From: an uncultured Chloroflexota bacterium | GTDB taxonomy: Bacteria; Chloroflexota; Limnocylindria; Limnocylindrales; CSP1-4 | Assembly (NCBI GenBank): GCA_903822495.1 | Contig: CAIJPD010000055.1 | Coordinates: 34,903 to 98,902 of the forward strand | DNA length: 64,000 nt | Reading direction: 5' to 3' | Part shown: piece by piece, positions 53,116-59,287 of the stretch | Layout of the letters: each line of letters opens with the position of its first letter | How positions within the stretch are numbered: position 1 is the first letter of the stretch | Position numbers and translations under genes: made by a program | The notes under the pieces: generated by a model | Seen by the model: only the letters and a program-made list of their open reading frames with translations | The model's database searches: none | What the model was told of the DNA's origin: nothing

Positions 53116-53472
53116 TTGACCGCAGTCTGGTACGTCGTGGGCTTCGCGTTCGCGGCCGTATCGTTCGTCTTCGTCACCATCGGTGCCGCGTGGCTGATCT
53201 CCCACCGGAGCCGGGGTGACGTCCACAAGGGCGTTCCCTACGAATCGGGCATCGATACGTACGGCGACACCCACGGGCGGTTCGGTCTCTCCTTCTACAT
53301 CTACGCCCTGCTCTTCGTCGCCTTCGACATCGAGGTGATCTTCATCTACCTCTGGGCGATCGCGTTCCGCGACCTCATGGCGACCGGCTTCGTGAGCATG
53401 GTGGTCTTCGTGGCCATCCTCCTCCTGGGCCTGGCGTACGCCTGGCGGAAGGGCGTCCTCACATGGCGGTGA
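53116..53472 (+). CDS. nuoA: NADH-quinone oxidoreductase subunit A
   Basis: 118 aa with 3 TM segments. Motif YESGIDTYGDTHGRFGLSFYIYALLFVAFDIEVIFIYLW. The TTG start lies 4 nt after GAGGA. Confidence 0.9.
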   Translation: MTAVWYVVGFAFAAVSFVFVTIGAAWLISHRSRGDVHKGVPYESGIDTYGDTHGRFGLSFYIYALLFVAFDIEVIFIYLWAIAFRDLMATGFVSMVVFVAILLLGLAYAWRKGVLTWR

Positions 53473-54158
53473 ACGACGCCGCGGGGACCACGCTTCCGGC
53501 GGCATCCGGCGCGCGGGACCTGGCGGAGGCCATCGTGGTCCCCAACACGCTCTGGACGCCCACCGGGCAGTCCGCCACCGCGGCCAACACCTCCGAGTAC
53601 ACGCACCTTCGCGAGTGGGCGGAGACGGAGGGTGCCCGCCGCGACGACGCGCGCTGGGGCGGCGCCCTGGAGGTCATCCCCACCAAGGCGGACTACGTCC
53701 TGGACCTCATCCGCGCCAACAGCCTCTGGCCGCTCCTGTCGGGCCTGGCCTGCTGCGCGTTCGAGATGATGTCCAGCGCCACGTCGAAGAACGACATCGA
53801 CCGGTTCGGCATGTTCCCGTTCCGCGCCAGCCCCCGCCAGGCGGACGTGCTGATCGTGGCCGGCACCCTGACCACCAAGATGGCCGGGCCGCTCCTGCGC
53901 CTCTGGGAGCAGATGCCCGAGCCCAAGTGGTGCGTCGCGATGGGCGACTGCACGTGCTCGGGTGGCCGCTACAAGCGGAGCTACTCCACCATCGAGGGGA
54001 TCGATCGGGTCATGCCGGTGGACGTCTACGTACCGGGCTGTCCGCCACGGCCCGAGGGCCTGATCTACGGGATGATGAAGCTCCAGCAGCTGGTCAAGGA
54101 CCGTCGCGGCCACTGGCCGGAGCGCGCGATCGGCCCCACCGTCCCCACGGACGTCTAG
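53463..54158 (+). CDS. nuoB: NADH-quinone oxidoreductase subunit B
   Basis: N2-cluster Cys pattern: LWPLLSGLACCAFEM, PRQADVLIVAGTLT, WCVAMGDCTCSGG, VYVPGCPPRPE. The N-terminus before the core is longer than usual (~85 aa). Confidence 0.9.
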   Translation: MAVNDAAGTTLPAASGARDLAEAIVVPNTLWTPTGQSATAANTSEYTHLREWAETEGARRDDARWGGALEVIPTKADYVLDLIRANSLWPLLSGLACCAFEMMSSATSKNDIDRFGMFPFRASPRQADVLIVAGTLTTKMAGPLLRLWEQMPEPKWCVAMGDCTCSGGRYKRSYSTIEGIDRVMPVDVYVPGCPPRPEGLIYGMMKLQQLVKDRRGHWPERAIGPTVPTDV

Positions 54159-54160
54159 CG

Positions 54161-54706
54161 ATGGACGCCGCGCTCAAGCGCCGCCTGGAGGCCAGGTTCG
54201 GAGAGGGACTCCAGGGCCCCGTCCGGCAACGCCACGACGAGACCGAGATCCGGATCGCCCCGGCCCAGGTGCCGGACGTGCTGCGCACCCTGCACGACGA
54301 GGCCGATTTCCACTTCCAGCTCCTGGCGGACCTCGCCGGCGTCGACACCGGGACCGCCATGCAGGTGGTCTACCACCTGTGGAGCACCACCAGCAGCGAC
54401 TGGCTGCGCGTGATCGCGGATGGCCTGCCCCGCGAGGACCCGCGCGTCCCGTCGATCACGTTCCTCTGGCGAGGAGCGGAGTGGATGGAGCGCGAGGCCT
54501 ACGACATGTTCGGGATCATCTTCGAGGGCAACCGGGACCTCCGACGCATCTACATGCCGCCGGACTACACCAGCTTCCCGCTCCGCAAGGACTTCTACCT
54601 CCCGGATGACGCGGCCCGTTCCCCGGGCGGCGGCGTCCGCCACATGGAGCAGCCCGAGGCGCCCCTCGCCCCGGGCAAGACGCTCGTGCGCCGGACCAGG
54701 GCGTAG
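54161..54706 (+). CDS. nuoC: NADH-quinone oxidoreductase subunit C
   Basis: ATG at 54161, in frame within ORF 53615-54706. Motifs AEWMEREAYDMFGIIFEGNRDLRRIYMP and FPLRKDF. Confidence 0.9.
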   Translation: MDAALKRRLEARFGEGLQGPVRQRHDETEIRIAPAQVPDVLRTLHDEADFHFQLLADLAGVDTGTAMQVVYHLWSTTSSDWLRVIADGLPREDPRVPSITFLWRGAEWMEREAYDMFGIIFEGNRDLRRIYMPPDYTSFPLRKDFYLPDDAARSPGGGVRHMEQPEAPLAPGKTLVRRTRA

Positions 54707-54719
54707 GACGGGGAGAGAC

Positions 54720-55931
54720 ATGACCACCCACGCGTCCATGGACGACCCGCGCGTCACGCTCGACGAGCAGCTGGGCAGCTTCGAGCCCATCCCGCCGTAC
54801 CCGCCGCGCACCGAGCGCGAGCAGGAGTTCTACACCGTCGCCGACGGCGAGATGCTGGTCAACATCGGCCCGCACCACCCGTCCACGCACGGGGTGCTCC
54901 GCGTGGTCATGAAGCTGGACGGCGAGCGGGTCGTGGACATCGACCCGGTGCTGGGCTATCTCCACCGCGGCGTCGAGAAGCTCTGCGAGAACGCCGACTT
55001 CCACCACACCATCTCGTACATGGACCCGCTGGAGTACGTCTCCTCGCTCTTCTGCGAGTGGCCGGCGGTCATGGCCTACGAGAAGCTGCTGGACATCAAG
55101 GTCCCGCGCCGCGCCGAGTACATCCGGGTCCTCACGGGCGAATTGAACCGGATCTCCAGCCACCTGCTGGCGATGGGCTTCCACGCGCTGGATCTGGGTG
55201 GGATCACGCCCATCCTGTACAGCTTCATCGAGCGCGACGAGATGGTCGAGATGCTGGCGTCCATCACGGGCCAGCGGATGCTCTTCAACTACTTCCGGAT
55301 CGGCGGCGTCAACGGGGACCTCAACCACGAGTTCATGAGCCGCCTGGGCGACTGGATGAGCCGGGCCACGGCCCAGGTCGAGGCCAACCAGGGGCTGCTC
55401 AACGAGAACGAGGTCTTCGTCCGGCGCAACCGCGGCGTGGGCACCATCGATGCGCAGACCGCGCTCAAGATGTGCTGGACAGGCCCCAACCTGCGGGCCA
55501 CCGGGGTCCCGTTCGATATCCGGCGGGCACACCCCTACTCCGTCTACCCGGAGCTGGACTTCGACATCCCCACCCGGTCGGAGGGCGACAGCCTGGCCCG
55601 CTACCTGCTCCGGATCGACGAGATCAAGCAGAGCCTGCGGATCATCGACCAGTGCCTCCACCAGATGCCGGACGGGCCGGTGATGGCCCGGGTCCCGCGC
55701 CTGATGCGCCCGCGGCCGGGCCGCGCCTTCGCCACGGTGGAGGCTCCGCGTGGCCAGTACAGCATCTACGCCGTGAGCGACGGGACGGACCAGCCGTTCC
55801 GCTTCCGCATCCACGACCCCAGCTTCCTGCACCTGCAGTCCTTCACGCTGCTGATGCCCGGCCAGCTCCTGGCCGACTGGATGACGATCAACGCCTCACT
55901 GGACCCGATCATGGGCGGGATCGACAAGTGA
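54720..55931 (+). CDS. nuoD: NADH-quinone oxidoreductase subunit D
   Basis: ATG at 54720, preceded by GGGGAGAG. Motifs NIGPHHPSTHGVLRVVMKLDGE and GYLHRGVEKLCE; the C-terminus reads DPIMGGIDK. Confidence 0.95.
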   Translation: MTTHASMDDPRVTLDEQLGSFEPIPPYPPRTEREQEFYTVADGEMLVNIGPHHPSTHGVLRVVMKLDGERVVDIDPVLGYLHRGVEKLCENADFHHTISYMDPLEYVSSLFCEWPAVMAYEKLLDIKVPRRAEYIRVLTGELNRISSHLLAMGFHALDLGGITPILYSFIERDEMVEMLASITGQRMLFNYFRIGGVNGDLNHEFMSRLGDWMSRATAQVEANQGLLNENEVFVRRNRGVGTIDAQTALKMCWTGPNLRATGVPFDIRRAHPYSVYPELDFDIPTRSEGDSLARYLLRIDEIKQSLRIIDQCLHQMPDGPVMARVPRLMRPRPGRAFATVEAPRGQYSIYAVSDGTDQPFRFRIHDPSFLHLQSFTLLMPGQLLADWMTINASLDPIMGGIDK

Positions 55932-55951
55932 GCGCGCTGCTGCGCGCTCAC
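55928..55951 (+). other. perfect intercistronic hairpin at the nuoD/nuoH junction
   Basis: GTGAGCGCGC-TGCT-GCGCGCTCAC, a 10-bp stem with a 4-nt loop. It starts within the nuoD stop codon, and no U-tract follows. Confidence 0.6.
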
Positions 55952-55962
55952 GGGGTCGACTC

Positions 55963-57300
55963 ATGACCGTCATGTCGCGCGCGTGGGGTCGCCTGACCCT
56001 GCCGGGGAAGGTCATCTTCACCGCCATCCCGCTGCTGCTGGCCGTGGGCGTGGCGCTGGCGTTGGTCGTGGGCATCCTGGGCGGACCCATCGTCGAGCTG
56101 GCCAGCCAGTACGGCGCGGTGCTCCGCTTCCTGGTCGCGGCCACGATCATCCTCGTGATCACGATCCCCACCGCGTTCCTGATCATCTTCATGGAGATGA
56201 AGATCATCGCCTTCATGAACCTGCGGGTGGGACCGGACCGGGTGGGCCCGTGGGGCACGCTCCTGTCCGTGGTGCACGGCCTGAAGGTCCTCGTGAAGGA
56301 GGACTTCACCCCGTCCGGGGCGGACCCGCTGATCTTCACCCTGGCCCCCGTCGTGGTCTACGGCTCCAGCGTCATGACGCTCGTCGTCCTGCCGTTTGCC
56401 CCCGGCCTGTTCGCGCAGGACTTCAACATCGGCCTGCTCTACTTCTTCGCGATGGGTGGCCTGGCCGTGGTCGGCCTGCTGATGGCCGGCTGGTCCAGCT
56501 TCAACAAGTACTCCCTGCTGGGCGGCCTCCGCTCCGCGGCCCAGATGGTCAGCTACGAGATCCCGCTGACCCTGTCGGTCGCGGGGCTCCTGCTCCTGGC
56601 CGGCACCATGAGCGTCAACCAGCTCGTCGCCAACCAGTCCGGCTGGTTCACCAACTGGTACGTCTTCCAGCAGCCGCTGGGCTTCGTGATCTTCTTCATC
56701 GCCGTGACGGCGGAGGCCAATCGGACGCCGTTCGACCTGACCGAGGCGGACTCGGAGATCGTGGCCGGCTTCGCCACCGAGTACTCCGGGATGCGCTTCG
56801 GGTTCTTCTTCTTCGCCGAGTACGTCAACGTGTTCATCGTCTCGGCGATGACCGTGGCGCTCTTCTTCGGCGGCTGGAACGCGCCGTTCCCCTTCCCCGC
56901 CCTCGCCATCCTGCTGGATCCGGGGAGCCTGGGGATCTGGCTGCTCCTGGGCATCGCCATCGTGCCGCTCGTGGGGACGCTCCTCCTCAGCCTGCCGTTC
57001 CTCCTGACCCGGAGCTCCATGCCCGCGTGGCAGGCGATCGTGCTGGGCTTCGTCCTCTTCAACGTCGTGGTCATCGGACTCCTCGGCGTCTGGGCCTTCG
57101 TCTCGTTCGACTGGGTCGCCGGCCTCCTCTGGTTCCTGGCCAAGACGTACGTCTTCGTCTTCACGTTCGTCTGGATGCGCGCCACGCTGCCGCGCGTCCG
57201 GATCGACCAGCTCATGGGCTTCGCGTGGAAGTGGCTGATGCCCGCCGCGCTGCTCAACCTGTTCGTGACGGCCGGGGCCATCCTCGTGGTGGGCCGGTGA
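55963..57300 (+). CDS. nuoH: NADH-quinone oxidoreductase subunit H (with N-terminal extension)
   Basis: 445 aa. NuoH core: IAFMNLRVGPDRVGPWGTLLSVVHGLKVLVKED, AEANRTPFDLTEADSEIVAGFATEYSGMRF. It directly follows nuoD, so no nuoE/F/G lie between them. Confidence 0.9.
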   Translation: MTVMSRAWGRLTLPGKVIFTAIPLLLAVGVALALVVGILGGPIVELASQYGAVLRFLVAATIILVITIPTAFLIIFMEMKIIAFMNLRVGPDRVGPWGTLLSVVHGLKVLVKEDFTPSGADPLIFTLAPVVVYGSSVMTLVVLPFAPGLFAQDFNIGLLYFFAMGGLAVVGLLMAGWSSFNKYSLLGGLRSAAQMVSYEIPLTLSVAGLLLLAGTMSVNQLVANQSGWFTNWYVFQQPLGFVIFFIAVTAEANRTPFDLTEADSEIVAGFATEYSGMRFGFFFFAEYVNVFIVSAMTVALFFGGWNAPFPFPALAILLDPGSLGIWLLLGIAIVPLVGTLLLSLPFLLTRSSMPAWQAIVLGFVLFNVVVIGLLGVWAFVSFDWVAGLLWFLAKTYVFVFTFVWMRATLPRVRIDQLMGFAWKWLMPAALLNLFVTAGAILVVGR

Positions 57301-57313
57301 TGGTGGTGCGACC

Positions 57314-57961
57314 ATGAACCTGATCCCCGGCATCGGCATCGTGCGGGGCATGAGCCTGACCCTGCGGCGGTTCTTCCAGCCCAAGGTCACCATCCGCTAC
57401 CCCGAGGTCCCCTCGGACGTCGCGGTCAAGTTCCGTGGCCGCCTCCAGCTGCTCTACGACGAGAACGGCTCGCTCAAGTGCGAGACCTGCTTCCAGTGCG
57501 CCCAGGCCTGCCCCATCGAGTGCATCGACATGGGCGGCATGGACACCAAGGGCCGCTTCCACGTCCACTGGGGCGCGGCGGAGACCTACGGCGAGCGTCG
57601 CGAGGAGTCCGCGCTGCGACGATCCGGGCGTCCCGTCCCTGATCCCGCCTACGAGCGCTTCGCGCCGATCGACATCGCGGCCGTGGACAGCATCCTCGAG
57701 GACTTCGACCATGACCCGGCCCAGCTGCTGGGCATCCTCGAGGCAACCCAGGCGGCCTTCGACTACCTGCCGGTTGGGGCGCTGAAGCGCATCTCCGAGC
57801 GGACCGGCACCGGCTATGCACAGATCTACGGCACGGCCTCCTTCTACGGCCACCTCCGGCTGGGCGCCCTCGGCGCACCGGCAGCGGCACCCTCGGCCGC
57901 GCCGTACCTCGCCGCGCTCGCGGCCGCCACAGGTGCAGCCGGAAGGCAGGCCGACGCGTGA
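57314..57961 (+). CDS. nuoI: fusion protein: N-terminal half of NuoI (one 4Fe-4S motif) + NuoE-like N-terminal helical domain
   Basis: 215 aa. Residues 1-120 are NuoI-like (FFQPKVTIRYPE..., C56xxC59xxC62xxxC66P), with no second CxxCxxCxxxCP motif. Residues ~124-183 read DSILEDFDHDPAQLLGILEATQAAFDYLPVGALKRISERTGTGYAQIYGTASFYGHL, which resembles the NuoE N-terminus, and no 2Fe-2S Cys residues follow. Confidence 0.8.
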   Translation: MNLIPGIGIVRGMSLTLRRFFQPKVTIRYPEVPSDVAVKFRGRLQLLYDENGSLKCETCFQCAQACPIECIDMGGMDTKGRFHVHWGAAETYGERREESALRRSGRPVPDPAYERFAPIDIAAVDSILEDFDHDPAQLLGILEATQAAFDYLPVGALKRISERTGTGYAQIYGTASFYGHLRLGALGAPAAAPSAAPYLAALAAATGAAGRQADA

Positions 57962-59280
57962 CGACCATCATCGCCACCCCGCCCCACTGGCCGGCGATCC
58001 TCCTCCCCCGGACGGCTACCGCCGATCCCACGGACCTGACCGCCGCGATCCGCAACCACGCCTTCGAAGGCCTCCGCCGGTCCTTGCGTGATGGCCCCAC
58101 CACCACCATCGCGACCATCGCCGCCGCCCGGCTGCGCGGCCGCGGCGGCGCCGGCTATCCCGCCGCGGACAAGTGGCGCATCGTGGCGGAGTCGGCCTCG
58201 GACACCCGGTACGTCGTGGCCAACGGCTACGGCGCCGATCCCGCCGTCTCCGGCGACCGCGAGTTGCTGGAGCGCAACCCGTACGCCGTCATCGAGGGCG
58301 CGGCCATCGCCGCGCTGGCGGTCGAGGCCTCGGAGATCATCATCGCCGTCCGCGCCGAGAGCATGGAGGCCATCCGCCGGCTCCGGGCGTGCATCGCCGC
58401 CGCGGAGGATGCGGGCCTGCTGGGCCACAACGTGCTGGCCAGCGGCCGCGACCTGAATGTCGTGGTCCGCCCGGTCCAGGGCGCCTACCTCCTCGGCGAG
58501 GAGACCATCCTCCTGAAGGCCCTGGAGAACCGTCGCGGCCAGCCAGAGCAGCGGCCGCCGTTCCCGGCGACCGAAGGCCTGCACGGCCAGCCCACCCTGG
58601 TGCAGAACGTCCAGACGCTGGCGGCCGTGCCATGGATCATCGTCAACGGGCCGGAGGCGTTTGCCCAGACCGGCAGCAAGGACGCGCCCGGCACCATCCT
58701 CGTGCAGCTGCGCGGCCCTGCCGGCGAGGGGCTCGCCGAGGTGCCAATGGGCACGCCGCTTCGCCAGATCATCGCCCTGGCCGGAACCGCAGCGGACGGG
58801 CGACCCATCAAGGCACTGCTGATCGGCGGTCCGTCGGGCGGGCTCCTGCCGGCCGAGCTGATGGACACCCCGTACGACTTCGACACCCTGCGCGCCGCCG
58901 GGGCCCACATTGGATCCGGATCCATCGTCGTCGCCGACGACCGCGCCTGCGTCGTTGACCTGGCGCGGCTCCTCACCAGCTGGTGCGCCGCCCAGGCCTG
59001 CGGCAAGACCATCCCGTGCCGGATCGGCACCCGCCGCCTCGCCGAGATCGGCGAGCGCATCGTCACGGGCACCAGCCGGCCGGCGGACACAACCCTCCTC
59101 GCGGACCTCTCCGCCGATCTCGTGGCCTCCGCCCTATGCGACCACGAGCGGCTGACGACCCTCCCGCTCACGACCGGGATGCGATACTTCCGGGCGGAGC
59201 TCGAGGACCACATCCTCCGAAGCACCTGTCCCGCCGGCGTCTGCCATCCCATCGCGGTGGCCGCCGGAACGGTCAACTGA
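57958..59280 (+). CDS. nuoF: divergent NuoF-like flavoprotein subunit
   Basis: 440 aa. Motifs RGRGGAGYPAADKW, GAYLLGEETILLKALEN, RPPFPATEGLHGQPTLVQNVQT. The acidic FMN loop is replaced (ANGYGADPAVSGDR). The N3 motif reads C348-G-K-T351-I-P-C354...C394. GTGA overlap with the previous ORF. Confidence 0.85.
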   Translation: MTTIIATPPHWPAILLPRTATADPTDLTAAIRNHAFEGLRRSLRDGPTTTIATIAAARLRGRGGAGYPAADKWRIVAESASDTRYVVANGYGADPAVSGDRELLERNPYAVIEGAAIAALAVEASEIIIAVRAESMEAIRRLRACIAAAEDAGLLGHNVLASGRDLNVVVRPVQGAYLLGEETILLKALENRRGQPEQRPPFPATEGLHGQPTLVQNVQTLAAVPWIIVNGPEAFAQTGSKDAPGTILVQLRGPAGEGLAEVPMGTPLRQIIALAGTAADGRPIKALLIGGPSGGLLPAELMDTPYDFDTLRAAGAHIGSGSIVVADDRACVVDLARLLTSWCAAQACGKTIPCRIGTRRLAEIGERIVTGTSRPADTTLLADLSADLVASALCDHERLTTLPLTTGMRYFRAELEDHILRSTCPAGVCHPIAVAAGTVN

Positions 59281-59287
59281 GGGGACA

